Source: Patescibacteria group bacterium
GTDB lineage: Bacteria; Patescibacteriota; Doudnabacteria; UBA920
Length of the DNA: 64,000 nt
Assembly (NCBI GenBank): GCA_023484515.1
Contig: JAMDAY010000019.1
Coordinates: 30,483 to 94,482 of the forward strand
Direction: 5' to 3'
Both the position numbers and the translations under genes were made by a program. The notes under the pieces were generated by a model, which saw only the letters and a program-made list of their open reading frames with translations, made no database searches and had not been told where the DNA came from. Each line of letters begins with the position of its first letter. Position 1 is the first letter of the stretch. This document shows positions 46,553 to 56,806 of this stretch, in pieces.

Positions 46553-46918
46553 TCAAACCCTGCCTTGCTGACGCCATTTTTCTTCCAGCTTGCGGATTTC
46601 TTCCTCGTTAAAACCAAAATGATGGCCAATTTCGTGCCAAACCACACGCCGGATTAGATTTGGGATTAGATTTTCCGAACCGGCAAAACGCTCTATGGTG
46701 CCTTTCCAAATGGTAATCTTGTCCGGCAAAACCGGATTATACCCGTATGTCGAGCCGCGATGCAACTGCGAAACGCCATGATACAACCCGAACAGGCTGT
46801 TATTGGGCGACTCGCCGTCTTCCAGCACAATTTCCACGTTATCCATCTTTTCCTTAATGGATTCCGGCAGCGCCTCTACCGCCCGGTTAATATGTTGTTC
46901 AAATTCTTCCCTGGTCAT
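46553..46918 (-). CDS. small zincin-like metallopeptidase (HEIGHH motif)
   Basis: VVWHEIGHHFGFNEEEI contains HExxH. Confidence 0.6.
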   Translation of the reverse strand: MTREEFEQHINRAVEALPESIKEKMDNVEIVLEDGESPNNSLFGLYHGVSQLHRGSTYGYNPVLPDKITIWKGTIERFAGSENLIPNLIRRVVWHEIGHHFGFNEEEIRKLEEKWRQQGRV

Positions 46919-46941
46919 CTTTTTATTCTTTAAAACTTAGG

Positions 46942-46975
46942 CATTTCTTGCATGCTATATAGCATGCAACAAATG
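46942..46975. repeat. family E palindrome, copy 2 (CATTTCTTGCATGCTATATAGCATGCAAcAAATG)
   Basis: Near-identical to 4146-4179. Confidence 0.7.
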
Positions 46976-46985
46976 TCTAAAAAAT

Positions 46986-47537
46986 TCATAATTGGGATTT
47001 TATCCCGAATTTTTGCACGTAAAGAACATCGTAACCGACCATCTCCCGTTGTGACGTATCTATTCCGCAAGATTGCAGGAAGCCCAACATCTTCTTTTGC
47101 GCTTGATTAGGATCTTTGTCGGTCAGATGCTCTATCTCCAGGAAATCCCCAAGCTCTTTGACCTTATCCGCGCAAATTTCATACTCCCCGACCTTCCCCT
47201 TCCTTCGGATTTTGGTAATGTCGGCAATAACCTTAAACTCCAGCAATTTAATGATTTCGTGCATTTGTTTCTTATTAAAAATTTCCACTTCGCGCTCCAA
47301 TTTGGAAAGATGGTTTCCTTGGTCGCTCCGCTTTAAGGTGAAAATGCTTTTCCCCACCTGCTGCCTTATCCTTAAGACGTTTGTGCCCGCCGGGACGGGA
47401 ACGTCAGGGATTTCGTTGGGTATATAAACAATGTCGCGCTGCTTAACCGGCGCGCCCAAAACGCAGCCGTGATCCTTTAATATCCGGATAGCCTTATTTA
47501 TGTCCGCAACCTTAATTTTTACTTCCACTTCCTTCAT
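46986..47537 (-). CDS. CYTH-domain protein (class IV adenylyl cyclase / triphosphatase-like); start at MKEVEVKIKV
   Basis: Alternating charged EVEVKIKV N-terminal pattern and matching beta-strand motifs. Confidence 0.65.
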   Translation of the reverse strand: MKEVEVKIKVADINKAIRILKDHGCVLGAPVKQRDIVYIPNEIPDVPVPAGTNVLRIRQQVGKSIFTLKRSDQGNHLSKLEREVEIFNKKQMHEIIKLLEFKVIADITKIRRKGKVGEYEICADKVKELGDFLEIEHLTDKDPNQAQKKMLGFLQSCGIDTSQREMVGYDVLYVQKFGIKSQL

Positions 47538-47541
47538 AGTG

Positions 47542-48144
47542 TCAGGCTTCAATAAGCCGGCCCATGACAATTTTATAATCCCTAAATGTTTTGTATGCTT
47601 CCGCCCTCAAGCCCACGGATTGCGCCGCAGCCAGGCATTTTAAATCGTCGTCCCAGACGACAATTTCATCCTTTTTGCATCCGGGCAAGCCAAGGCAAGC
47701 TTTTTCCCAATATTCCGGCTGGCGCTTTAAATACCCGACTTCGCAGGAAGAAAATTTCCCGTCAAAATTATGTTTTAAGCCTACCGTATCCCAAAGATAC
47801 GCCATGCGGTATTTTTCCTGGTCAGTAGTTAAAAAACACTTAACTCCTTGCCGGCGCATCTGCTGAAGGTTTTCCATCATGTCCGGATCCGTAAGCGTTT
47901 CCCCGGAAAACCAAAAGTCCAGCAATTCTTCCAAAGTCTTGTTCCATCCCCAATCTTTAATGCGCAATGGCAGTTCCTGCTTTAAATCCGCCCTGCCGGT
48001 TTCGCACAACAAAAATTCATTCTGGAAAAATTCGTCAACTTGAGCCTTTTTAATAGGAATCCCCAAATCCAAAAGCCTTAAAGAAAAATACTTATCCCTC
48101 TTTACTACCGACCCATCGCAATCCATTAAAATTGTTTTTATCAT
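47542..48144 (-). CDS. HAD-superfamily hydrolase
   Basis: Motif I DCDG, motif II TTD, and a C-terminal DDD. Confidence 0.6.
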   Translation of the reverse strand: MIKTILMDCDGSVVKRDKYFSLRLLDLGIPIKKAQVDEFFQNEFLLCETGRADLKQELPLRIKDWGWNKTLEELLDFWFSGETLTDPDMMENLQQMRRQGVKCFLTTDQEKYRMAYLWDTVGLKHNFDGKFSSCEVGYLKRQPEYWEKACLGLPGCKKDEIVVWDDDLKCLAAAQSVGLRAEAYKTFRDYKIVMGRLIEA

Positions 48145-48671
48145 AATAAATGTAAATAATCTAAAGCAAGATAACCAGTAGCAATGTCGGTTAACTGGCC
48201 TTTACGCAAGCGTTCACGGAAATCAGTTAAAGTTAAAATCTGCGGTTCCAGAAATTCAAATTGGTCAGGTTTTATTTCCGCCACCTCAATACATTCTTTG
48301 GCTATAAAATTATACCTGACTATACTTTCATACGCTGTTCCCAAACTTTCTCCAATTAATACCAGTTTTCCTTTATATCCGGTTTCTTCCAGGAGTTCCC
48401 TGGCTGCGGCTTGTTCCGGCGTTTCGTTTTCTTCGCAGCTTCCGCCAGGCAGTTCAAACAAAACCCTTTCCGGTCCTGGACGGAATTGCTTGGCTACCAC
48501 TACCTGATTACTGATAGTTAGGGGGAAAATACAAACCGTTTTGTTGCGCCCCAGCACGTCAAAGTCTACCAATTCCCCATTAGGCATCAGGAAAGTTTTC
48601 CGTAACATTTTTCGGTAACCGGCATTATAACCTTGCTCTTTGATCTTTTTCCATTCAATTTTATTATTCAT
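48141..48671 (-). CDS. NUDIX hydrolase
   Basis: Nudix box GGSCEENETPEQAAARELLEETG. Confidence 0.8.
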   Translation of the reverse strand: MNNKIEWKKIKEQGYNAGYRKMLRKTFLMPNGELVDFDVLGRNKTVCIFPLTISNQVVVAKQFRPGPERVLFELPGGSCEENETPEQAAARELLEETGYKGKLVLIGESLGTAYESIVRYNFIAKECIEVAEIKPDQFEFLEPQILTLTDFRERLRKGQLTDIATGYLALDYLHLL

Positions 48672-48727
48672 GCTGTTATTATGGCAGATTTTGGGGAAAA
48701 ATAAAACTGCTTTAAATAAGGCGGTTT

Positions 48728-48754
48728 GAACGCCACAACACGTGTTGAGGCGTT
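48728..48754. repeat. family C palindrome, copy 4 (one arm mismatch)
   Basis: GAACGCCaCAACACGTGTTGAGGCGTT. Confidence 0.6.
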
Positions 48755-48770
48755 GGGATTTTTGGCAGTA

Positions 48771-48862
48771 AAGACGCCCTTCCGGGACCAGCCTTTTAAA
48801 GTCAGATTAATTATGATTAATATCTGATAATCTAAAGTTTGTATATACCGGAAGACCGTCTT
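48771..48862. repeat. family B inverted-repeat element, copy B3 (arms 13/15 matched)
   Basis: aagacgcccttccgg ... ccggaagaccgtctt with an AT-rich centre containing gataatctaaag. Confidence 0.6.
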
Positions 48863-49006
48863 CACCCCGGAGACGCCGGCTTTGGCTATTTTTGCCGGGA
48901 TGGACCGCGACCGACGCGGCCCGCACTACATTTGATGCATGAATAAAAGCGGCCAGTGGCCGCTTTTGAAATCTTTTAATCTTTCAATTTTCAATTCTTA
49001 AATTTG

Positions 49007-50296
49007 CTAAAACCCTTCATAGTCATGCATAGTCAACTGCGCTTCTATTTTCTTTATGACTTCAATGACCACGGCCACTACTATAAGCAAGCTGGTCCCG
49101 CCAATGGCAAAGGTGCCGGGAATACTGAGGAGCTTGGGCAGGTATAGCGGCAAAATGGCAATGACCGCCAAAAAGAAAGCGCCGGCCAAAGTGATGCGAT
49201 TTAACACCGTGCTTAAGAAATCCGCAGTCTGGGCTCCGGGACGCAGCCCCGGCACGAACCCGCCGTTCTTTTGCACGTTTTCCGCAATTTCCTGCGGATT
49301 GAAAATTACAGCCGTATAGAAATAAGTAAAAGCCATAACCATTATAAAATAGGCAATCCCGTAAAACCATCCTTGGGAATTAAATAGTGATATAACCTTT
49401 TGCGCGGTATTGGCTAAAGCGGCAGATTTTGCGTTTACGAAAAATTGGGCAATCATAGCCGGAAACAGCATTACGGAAATGGCAAAGATAATGGGAATAA
49501 CGCCGGCCTGGTTTAAGCGCAGCGGCAAGTGGGTATTAACTCCGCCGAACAATTTATTGCCGCGCACGCGCTTGGCGTAAGCAATCGGGATGTTTCGCTG
49601 CGCCTCGGTCACAAGCACTACGCCGGCTATTACCACCAGCACAATCGCTACCAAAGCTATCACTGTGGAAATGGCATTGGCATTGCCTTTATACAATTCA
49701 TAGCCGCGGGTAAAAGCAGAAGGCAGCCTGGCCACTATCCCCGCAAAAATAATCAAGGAGATGCCATTACCCACGTCAAACTCCGACATAATTTCCCCAA
49801 TCCACATTACCAGCATGGTGCCGGCGGTAATGGAAAGCAGGGTAATAAACCACTGAAACGGGGTAAAAAGCCCCAAAATACTAGCACCGCCCTGGCTCTG
49901 CAGCAGCCTGATGGTCCCAAATCCCTGGACAGCGGTTAAAGGAATAGTCAAGTATCTTGTATACTGGTTAATCTGTGCGCGGCCGGCTTCGCCGCCTTCT
50001 TTCTGCATTTCCGCCAAAGAAGGGACAACCACGGTCAATAATTGCATAATAATGGAAGCCGTAATATAAGGCCCCACGCTTAACATGGCAATGGAAAAAT
50101 TGGTCAGGCCGCCGCCGGAAAAGATATCCAGCAAGCTGTAAAACTGGCTTTGGGCAAAAACCTGCTTTAACCCTTCGGTATTAATTCCCGGAATGGGCAC
50201 GTGCGCCAAAACCCGGGTGAGCAAAAGCAAGCCCAACACAATTAAAATTTTGTTGCGCAAATCCTTGGTTTTCCAAATTAAGGCAAACTTGTTCAT
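49007..50296 (-). CDS. secY: preprotein translocase subunit SecY
   Basis: 10-TM topology and conserved SecY motifs. Confidence 0.95.
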   Translation of the reverse strand: MNKFALIWKTKDLRNKILIVLGLLLLTRVLAHVPIPGINTEGLKQVFAQSQFYSLLDIFSGGGLTNFSIAMLSVGPYITASIIMQLLTVVVPSLAEMQKEGGEAGRAQINQYTRYLTIPLTAVQGFGTIRLLQSQGGASILGLFTPFQWFITLLSITAGTMLVMWIGEIMSEFDVGNGISLIIFAGIVARLPSAFTRGYELYKGNANAISTVIALVAIVLVVIAGVVLVTEAQRNIPIAYAKRVRGNKLFGGVNTHLPLRLNQAGVIPIIFAISVMLFPAMIAQFFVNAKSAALANTAQKVISLFNSQGWFYGIAYFIMVMAFTYFYTAVIFNPQEIAENVQKNGGFVPGLRPGAQTADFLSTVLNRITLAGAFFLAVIAILPLYLPKLLSIPGTFAIGGTSLLIVVAVVIEVIKKIEAQLTMHDYEGF

Positions 50297-50297
50297 A

Positions 50298-50732
50298 TTA
50301 TAAAACTTGGCCGCCGGCTTTTTCCACGGCTTCGCGCGCGGACTGGGAGACCGGCAATTTTACGTTTAATTTCTTTTTTATTTCACCTTGGAGGATTTTA
50401 ACCTTTTTTACCCCCATGTCAACAATCCCTTTTTCCTGCAAAGATTTCAAATTTACGGTCTGGCCGTCGGCAAATGCGTTCAGTTTGGACAAGCTGATTG
50501 CCATGGGCTTCTGATTTAACGATTTAAACCCGCGTAATTTGGGCAACTGGCGAACAAGCGGCTGGCGGCCGCCTTCAAAACCAACTGGCATTTTAGAGTG
50601 CCCGGTCCTGGCAGTCTGTCCTTTGCCGCCGCGCGTGCTGTAAGTGCCGTGTCCGCTGCCCAAACCGCGCCCGACAACCTTGCGGCGGTGGACGGATTTG
50701 GGATTCTTTTTGATGGTATGGAGTTTTAACAT
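50298..50732 (-). CDS. rplO: 50S ribosomal protein L15
   Basis: GRGLGSGHGTYSTRGGKGQ. Confidence 0.9.
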   Translation of the reverse strand: MLKLHTIKKNPKSVHRRKVVGRGLGSGHGTYSTRGGKGQTARTGHSKMPVGFEGGRQPLVRQLPKLRGFKSLNQKPMAISLSKLNAFADGQTVNLKSLQEKGIVDMGVKKVKILQGEIKKKLNVKLPVSQSAREAVEKAGGQVL

Positions 50733-50848
50733 ATATATTTTGCTAGAACTTTAGGGAATACGGATCCGTCAGCCGCGTAAATTCATCCTGCGTGGCTATC
50801 TGGCGGAGTACGAATATACGGATGTAGAATCCTTGATCCTTTCCGGCA

Positions 50849-50945
50849 GTGAAGGCGCCCTTCCGGGATAAGTGATTTTAAATTGTTAGATGTTGATTAC
50901 TATCAAACTTACTTTAGAAGGCTTGTTCCGGAAGGGCGCCTTCAC
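50849..50945. repeat. family B inverted-repeat element, copy B4, in the rpsE-rplO spacer where rpmD (L30) normally sits
   Basis: 18-bp perfect arms GTGAAGGCGCCCTTCCGG. Confidence 0.75.
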
Positions 50946-50989
50946 CCTCTATCCGTATATCCGTATTAATCCGTATTCCGTAAAAATAA

Positions 50990-51493
50990 TTATTTTCTCA
51001 ACCTGGCCAATTCTTCCTTGCTTTTCATCCGCTGGAACGCGGCAAACACGGCTTTAATGTTATTGACCTTGTTATTGCTGCCCAACATTTTGCTGACCAC
51101 GTTCTTCACTCCGGCCAGTTCCATTACGCTGCGGACCGCGCCGCCGGCTATTACGCCGGTCCCGGCCTTGGCCGGATGCAGCATCAGGCTGCTGGACTTA
51201 TATTTAATATTCAATTCGTGGGGAATGGTGTCGTTGACCAGCGGCAGGGTGATCATATTTTTCTTAGCCGCGTTAACCGCCTTGTTCACGCTTTCGGAAA
51301 CGTCAGACCCTTTTTTCAAGCCCATGCCGACCCTGCCTTTATGGTCGCCAATCACCACCAAAGCCCGAAAACGCATGCGTTTGCCGCCTGCTACCACGCG
51401 GGTAACCCTTTTTACTTCCACGACTTTCTGGTCAAACTCGCTGCGTTCGCGTTCGCCCTCTTGCGATTGTCTCCGTCTTTTTTCAAATGCCAT
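50990..51493 (-). CDS. rpsE: 30S ribosomal protein S5
   Basis: VKRVTRVVAGGKRMRFRALVVIGD. Confidence 0.9.
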   Translation of the reverse strand: MAFEKRRRQSQEGERERSEFDQKVVEVKRVTRVVAGGKRMRFRALVVIGDHKGRVGMGLKKGSDVSESVNKAVNAAKKNMITLPLVNDTIPHELNIKYKSSSLMLHPAKAGTGVIAGGAVRSVMELAGVKNVVSKMLGSNNKVNNIKAVFAAFQRMKSKEELARLRK

Positions 51494-51539
51494 AGCTTAT
51501 ATGTCTTATAAGTCCTATATGTCCTATAGGATTGATTAA

Positions 51540-51893
51540 TTAAAATTCCAGTCCGCCTTCCCTGGCGCCTTCGGCCAAGGCCTGAACCCTGCCGTGGTAA
51601 GCGAATCCGCCGCGGTCAAACACGGCCTTCTTTATATTAGCAGCCAAAGCCTTTTCTGCCAATAACTTTCCCACTTCCTGGGCAATCTTGATTTTTTTAT
51701 CCTTAGCCTTCAGTTTTAAGCTGGATGCCTGGGCCAAAGTTTTACCCGAACCGTCGTCTACCAATTGGGCGTAAATGTGGCTGTTGGCCCGGAAAACCGA
51801 AAGCCTGGGCCTTTGGGCAGTCCCAAAAACCACGCTGCGCACGCGCCTGTGGCGGATTTGCCTCTTTATTCTCTTTTGCTTATTGCTGTTCAT
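51540..51893 (-). CDS. rplR: 50S ribosomal protein L18
   Basis: [10 protein letters not shown]-like motif; position in the operon. Confidence 0.9.
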   Translation of the reverse strand: MNSNKQKRIKRQIRHRRVRSVVFGTAQRPRLSVFRANSHIYAQLVDDGSGKTLAQASSLKLKAKDKKIKIAQEVGKLLAEKALAANIKKAVFDRGGFAYHGRVQALAEGAREGGLEF

Positions 51894-51987
51894 ATGACCG
51901 ATAATCTTAAAGCTAATTTTTATGCGGGCCTGCCGCGGACCTGCTCTTAGATCCGCGCCGCCATCTGCATTTGGATCCGCGATTTAA

Positions 51988-52542
51988 TTATTTGCCTCCG
52001 CCTACCACCTTAACCACCTTTCCGGCTTTGCGCAGGATGACCTCGTCAGAATACTTAATCCCCTTGCCTTTGTAAGGTTCCGGTTTTTTCAGTTCCCTGA
52101 CTTCCGCCGCAAACTGCCCCACCTTCTGTTTGTCCGCGCCGGTTATGGTAATTACATTCTTGTCCGCGGTAACGGTTAAATCCTTGGGCACAACCACTTC
52201 TACCGGATGGGAGAATCCCAGGGACATGGTCAGTTTACCGGGAACCGCTGCCACTTTAAATCCCACTCCGTTAACTTCCAGTTTTTTCTCAAAACCCTTA
52301 ACCACGCCATCCACCATGTTTTGGACCAAAGAGCGGAACAGTCCCCACAGCGCCCTTTCTTTCTTGTTTTCCTTTTTGTCAACGTCCACCAAGATTTCTT
52401 TGTCTGACACGCTGACCCGCACCTTGGGATGAACGGCCAAGGTCAAATTACCCTTAGGACCGCTCACGGCCAAAGTTGCGTCTTTCATTTCCGCTTTTAC
52501 CCCGCTGGGGATAACAACTGGTTTTTTTCCAATTCTAGACAT
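51988..52542 (-). CDS. rplF: 50S ribosomal protein L6
   Basis: MSRIGKKPV; position in the operon. Confidence 0.9.
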   Translation of the reverse strand: MSRIGKKPVVIPSGVKAEMKDATLAVSGPKGNLTLAVHPKVRVSVSDKEILVDVDKKENKKERALWGLFRSLVQNMVDGVVKGFEKKLEVNGVGFKVAAVPGKLTMSLGFSHPVEVVVPKDLTVTADKNVITITGADKQKVGQFAAEVRELKKPEPYKGKGIKYSDEVILRKAGKVVKVVGGGK

Positions 52543-52593
52543 AAAATTACTTTAATAACAAATTCATTCTTTCATTCAATCTTGCCAATTAGC

Positions 52594-52986
52594 TTACCAC
52601 ACTTGGCACACAATCTCCCCGCCCACTTTCGCCTTCCTGGCCTGCGCGTCGGTCAGCAGCCCTTTGGATGTGGACACAACCGTAATCCCGTATCCGCTGT
52701 TGGTGCGGGGCAGCCTGTCAGCCGGCAAATAAATCCTTTGCCCCGGCTTGCTGACGCGCCTGATTCCCGAAATAACCGGCTCGCCTTTCGGCCCGTATTT
52801 CAAATTTATCTGCAAAACCTTATGCTCGCCTATCAATTCGGCATGGCCGGAAATAAACCCTTCTTGCTTGAGCAGTTCCGCCAAGTGCGCTTTAAACTTG
52901 GAATACGGCAAAACCAGCTCGGCTTTGCGTGCCTGCACGGCGTTCTTGATTCTGGTTAACATGTCGGCGATTGGATCGGTATACAT
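52594..52986 (-). CDS. rpsH: 30S ribosomal protein S8
   Basis: DPIADMLTRIKNA. Confidence 0.9.
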   Translation of the reverse strand: MYTDPIADMLTRIKNAVQARKAELVLPYSKFKAHLAELLKQEGFISGHAELIGEHKVLQINLKYGPKGEPVISGIRRVSKPGQRIYLPADRLPRTNSGYGITVVSTSKGLLTDAQARKAKVGGEIVCQVW

Positions 52987-53091
52987 AAGATTAATTGAAC
53001 AAAAATTAAAAAAATTAAATAAATGACAAAAATAAGGATTCTTTATTGTTTTTATTATTTTTGTTCACTTTTGCCATTTTTGTCATTATTG

Positions 53092-53286
53092 TTACCAAGA
53101 AGCCTTCACCACTCCCGGAATTTCTCCCCTGCTGGCCAGTTCCCTAAAACAGATCCTGCACAAATTAAAGTCCCGCATGTAACCGGCTTTCCTGCCGCAC
53201 TTCCAACACCGCCTGATCTTCCTGGTGGAAAATTTGGGATTCTTTAAGCTTCTCTTGGCTTTTGCAATATGCGCTTGTGTGGCCAT
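53092..53286 (-). CDS. rpsN: 30S ribosomal protein S14 type Z (zinc-binding); start moved to [11 protein letters not shown]
   Basis: [38 protein letters not shown]. Confidence 0.85.
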   Translation of the reverse strand: MATQAHIAKAKRSLKNPKFSTRKIRRCWKCGRKAGYMRDFNLCRICFRELASRGEIPGVVKASW

Positions 53287-53380
53287 AAATCTTTTTACGA
53301 AGTACGGATATTTACGAACATACGAATCCCGCAAAAACTTCTTTCGCAAGTTCGTACCGGTTCGTATTTCGCAAAGTTAA

Positions 53381-53920
53381 TTACTTTTTAAAAGGAAAAT
53401 TCATTAATTTTAACAGCTCCCTGGCCGGTTCGTCTTTTTTGGCGTTGGTAACTACGGATACTTCCATGCCGAACACGTTTTCCAGGGCCGAGGCGGAAAT
53501 TTCCGGAAATACCAGATGCTCCTTCAGGCCCAAATGGTAATTTCCCCGGCCGTCAAAACCGGCGGGCGAAACTCCCTGGAAATCGCGCACGCGGGGCAGC
53601 GCCACGTTAATCAATTTGTCCAAAAAGCTGTACATCCTGCTGCCGCGCAAAGTTACGGTTAGCCCGACCACCTGGTTTTCCCTGACTTTAAACCCGGAAA
53701 TGGACTTGCGGGCCAGCGTCTTAACCGGAGCCTGTCCGGCAATTTTGGCCAAATCTTCGGCCACGGCGTCTACTTTTTTCCGGTCTTCCTTGAACTTCCC
53801 CACGCCCGCGTTGATTACCACTTTAGTGATCTTTGGAACCTGCATTATGTTCTTATAGCCGAACTTTTCCCTCAAGGCAGCAACCATGCGCTTATTATAT
53901 TGTTCCTGTAATCTTTCCAT
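53381..53920 (-). CDS. rplE: 50S ribosomal protein L5
   Basis: Sequence and operon position. Confidence 0.9.
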   Translation of the reverse strand: MERLQEQYNKRMVAALREKFGYKNIMQVPKITKVVINAGVGKFKEDRKKVDAVAEDLAKIAGQAPVKTLARKSISGFKVRENQVVGLTVTLRGSRMYSFLDKLINVALPRVRDFQGVSPAGFDGRGNYHLGLKEHLVFPEISASALENVFGMEVSVVTNAKKDEPARELLKLMNFPFKK

Positions 53921-54007
53921 AAAAATAGCTTTTAGCTGTTAGTTATTAGCTTTTAGATTCTTGGTGTTTCCTCTCCTAGACACCTATAAGCTAAAGCCTA
54001 TTATCTA

Positions 54008-54328
54008 TTAAACTGCCTTCCCGCTTGCCTTGCCTACCCGCTGCTTGTTCCCGTTTTCCAAAAACTTGTAGCCTATCCTGGTGGGGGTGCCGCTATTGCT
54101 GTCTATCAGCATAACTTTGGAAATTGGCATGCCTGCGGAAAATTCTATCTTTTTTCCGCCTTCCCTGGCTTTCTTGGGGCGCTCAAACCTGGTGTGCATA
54201 TTGGCGTTTTCCACTACTACCTTGCCTTGCCTGGGCAGCACCTGCAATACCTTGCCGGTCTTGCCGCGGTCCTTTCCGGACAGAATCTTTACCGTATCGC
54301 CTTTCTTAATTTTGGGCTTAATCATCAT
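54008..54328 (-). CDS. rplX: 50S ribosomal protein L24
   Basis: KIKKGDTVKILSGKDRGKTGKV KOW motif. Confidence 0.9.
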   Translation of the reverse strand: MMIKPKIKKGDTVKILSGKDRGKTGKVLQVLPRQGKVVVENANMHTRFERPKKAREGGKKIEFSAGMPISKVMLIDSNSGTPTRIGYKFLENGNKQRVGKASGKAV

Positions 54329-54431
54329 AAAATTACATTTAACTATCTCTTTACGGAATATGGACTTTTGCGGATATACGGATTCCGGAGATCCTTTCCG
54401 TATATTCGTATTAATCCGTATTCCGTAAAGC

Positions 54432-54824
54432 TTAAATTACTTCCGGAGCCAGGGAAATTATTTTTTTAAAACCGTCCTCAAACTGGCCTTTGGCCCTTTC
54501 GCGGATCTCTCTGGGGACCGGGCCGAAAATGCGCGTGCCGCGCGGCTCACCGCTCTCTTTGTTCACCAATACGCCGGCATTGTCGTCAAACCTGATGTAA
54601 GAGCCGTCCTTGCGGCGCATTTCCTTGCGGGTCCGGACAATAACCGCATAAATCTTGTCGCCTTTTTTTAAGGCGGAATTCGGGGCGGCCTGCTTGACCG
54701 AGCCGGCTACAATGTCGCCGACCCGCGCAAACCGGTTGCTGTTCTTGCTGTTCACGGAAAAAACATTGACGACCTTTGCGCCGGTATTATCCGCTATTTT
54801 AATCCACGATCTTACTTGTAACAT
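54432..54824 (-). CDS. rplN: 50S ribosomal protein L14
   Basis: KIADNTGAK...IISLAPEVI. Confidence 0.9.
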   Translation of the reverse strand: MLQVRSWIKIADNTGAKVVNVFSVNSKNSNRFARVGDIVAGSVKQAAPNSALKKGDKIYAVIVRTRKEMRRKDGSYIRFDDNAGVLVNKESGEPRGTRIFGPVPREIRERAKGQFEDGFKKIISLAPEVI

Positions 54825-54938
54825 ATTATTGTATTATTGTAAAAGCTGGTTTACACGCAGTTAATGAAACACCAATGGCAGACGCCGCTTCCGTCGTTTA
54901 CTGCGGCGTTTTGCAGTAAACAGCGCCATATGCGGCTT

Positions 54939-55190
54939 CTATGCCTTGCTTAGTACCCTGAACTTCTTTTCCTTGGACATGGGCCGGATTGACTCAATTA
55001 CCACTTTGTCGCCGGGATGGAATTCGTTATTCTCGTCGTGCGCCTTGTATCGCTTGGAAACCGTGTAGGCTTTCTTGTATTTGGGATGGCGCTTGCGGGA
55101 ATCAACCTTAACCACCACGGTCTTGGCCATCTTGTCGGATATAACGGTTCCGATCAACTGTTGTTTTTTAGAAATATTATCTTGATTCAT
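54939..55190 (-). CDS. rpsQ: 30S ribosomal protein S17
   Basis: GTVISDKMAKTVVVKV. Confidence 0.9.
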   Translation of the reverse strand: MNQDNISKKQQLIGTVISDKMAKTVVVKVDSRKRHPKYKKAYTVSKRYKAHDENNEFHPGDKVVIESIRPMSKEKKFRVLSKA

Positions 55191-55219
55191 AACCTGTAAA
55201 TTATTCTAATTAGGTTAAT

Positions 55220-55408
55220 TTACTTCTCTTTCCGCCCCATAAAAGTCATTATTCTCGCGATGTCTTTTTTTACTTGCTTCAGCTTGTGCGTGTCCTTAAG
55301 CTGGTTTAGCCTGCCTTTGACGGCCAAGTCATGAGCTTCGTCCCGCAGTTCCGCCAGCAAGTTCCTTATTTCGCCTTCGGGCTTGGTTTTTAATTCTTTG
55401 TACTTCAT
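55220..55408 (-). CDS. rpmC: 50S ribosomal protein L29
   Basis: 62 aa, ELRDEAHDL pattern; position in the operon. Confidence 0.85.
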   Translation of the reverse strand: MKYKELKTKPEGEIRNLLAELRDEAHDLAVKGRLNQLKDTHKLKQVKKDIARIMTFMGRKEK

Positions 55409-55509
55409 ACTATATATATTCGGTAATTAATCGCTGGTTGTTACGCTGGTCTGCCGCTGATAGGCTTCAGCGTCTATTCAGCGTAGCTATCAGCGTTCTT
55501 TCAGCGGCA

Positions 55510-55926
55510 TTAGCCTTGCCTCTCTTTAACTACAAACTTGCTCTTGACCGGAAGCTTGTAGCTGGCAAGCCTCATGGCTTCCTGGGCCTGGGCATGGGTC
55601 ACGCCGTCCATTTCAAACATAATCTTGCCTTTCTTGACTACGGAAACAAAGTGGTCTACCGCGCCTTTGCCGCCGCCCATGGGGCTTTCGTTGCCGTGGA
55701 CCGTGACCGGCTTGTCGGCGAACATGCGGATCCAAATTTTGCCGCCGCGCTGCACATACCTCGTCATGGCGCGCCTGGCCGCTTCTATCTGCCGGGCAGT
55801 CACCCAGGAACTCTCCATGGCTTTTAAGGCAAAAGTGCCAAAGGCTATCTTTTCCCCGGCGCTGGCCTGCCCCTTGGTATGGCCGCGGTGGTGCTTGCGG
55901 TGTTTTAATTTTTTAGGAATGAACAT
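55510..55926 (-). CDS. rplP: 50S ribosomal protein L16
   Basis: KKLKHRKHHRG N-terminus. Confidence 0.9.
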   Translation of the reverse strand: MFIPKKLKHRKHHRGHTKGQASAGEKIAFGTFALKAMESSWVTARQIEAARRAMTRYVQRGGKIWIRMFADKPVTVHGNESPMGGGKGAVDHFVSVVKKGKIMFEMDGVTHAQAQEAMRLASYKLPVKSKFVVKERQG

Positions 55927-55991
55927 AACGGTAAAATTTCAAATTATAAATATCAAATTCCAATAAATTTGCAAAGGTTATCTTTTACATT

Positions 55992-56702
55992 TTACGCGGC
56001 CTTATGCCGGGTTGTAACTTCCGCGCTTTTTTGCGTTGAATTTTGCGCGGCGCCTCGGTTATTTTTTTCCTCAAATTTGTCGCCGCGGTAAATCCAAACC
56101 TTAACCCCAACGGTGCCGTAAGTGGTAAATGCCGTGGACCTGGCAAAGTCAATGTCCGCCCTTAAAGTATGCAGCGGAATTTTCCCTAAAGACAAATGTT
56201 CGGTCCTGGCAATTTCCGCGCCGTTCAGCCTGCCGCCAATGGCCACTTTGGCTCCTTTGGCTCCCGCGTTCATAACCTGTTCTAAGGACTGCTTCATTAG
56301 CCTGCGGAACGCCACGCGCTTCTCCAACTGTTCGGCAATGTTATTGGCTATGACCAGCGCCTGCAAATTCATGTCGCGCACTTCCTCTATATTGACTTTC
56401 AATTCCTTCTTAATCCCCAGCTTGTCCTTGACTTTCTTTTTTAGCTCTTCTATTCCCGCGCCGCCCTTGCCGATAATCAGCCCCGGCTTGGTGGTTTTAA
56501 TGACAACCGTAATGGTGCCGTCGCCTTTGCGTTCAATGTCTACCCTGACCAGCCCGGCTTTTTTTAAATGGTTTTCCAAATACTGGCGGATTTTTACGTC
56601 CTCTTCCAGCAACTGCCTGTAATGCTGCTTGGAAAACCACTTGGACTTCCAGGTGTCGGTAATCTTTATGCGGAATGATGTGGGATTAATCTTATGGCCC
56701 AT
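55992..56702 (-). CDS. rpsC: 30S ribosomal protein S3 (with a C-terminal extension)
   Basis: GHKINPTSFRI; KH domain. Confidence 0.9.
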   Translation of the reverse strand: MGHKINPTSFRIKITDTWKSKWFSKQHYRQLLEEDVKIRQYLENHLKKAGLVRVDIERKGDGTITVVIKTTKPGLIIGKGGAGIEELKKKVKDKLGIKKELKVNIEEVRDMNLQALVIANNIAEQLEKRVAFRRLMKQSLEQVMNAGAKGAKVAIGGRLNGAEIARTEHLSLGKIPLHTLRADIDFARSTAFTTYGTVGVKVWIYRGDKFEEKNNRGAAQNSTQKSAEVTTRHKAA

Positions 56703-56806
56703 AAAATTGATTAAACAAGATTTAAAGATTTAAAAGATTGAGCGTAATTCGTAATTTATGATAATCTTGGCAATGTCGGCCAATCATGTCAATCTTGCCA
56801 ATTAAT

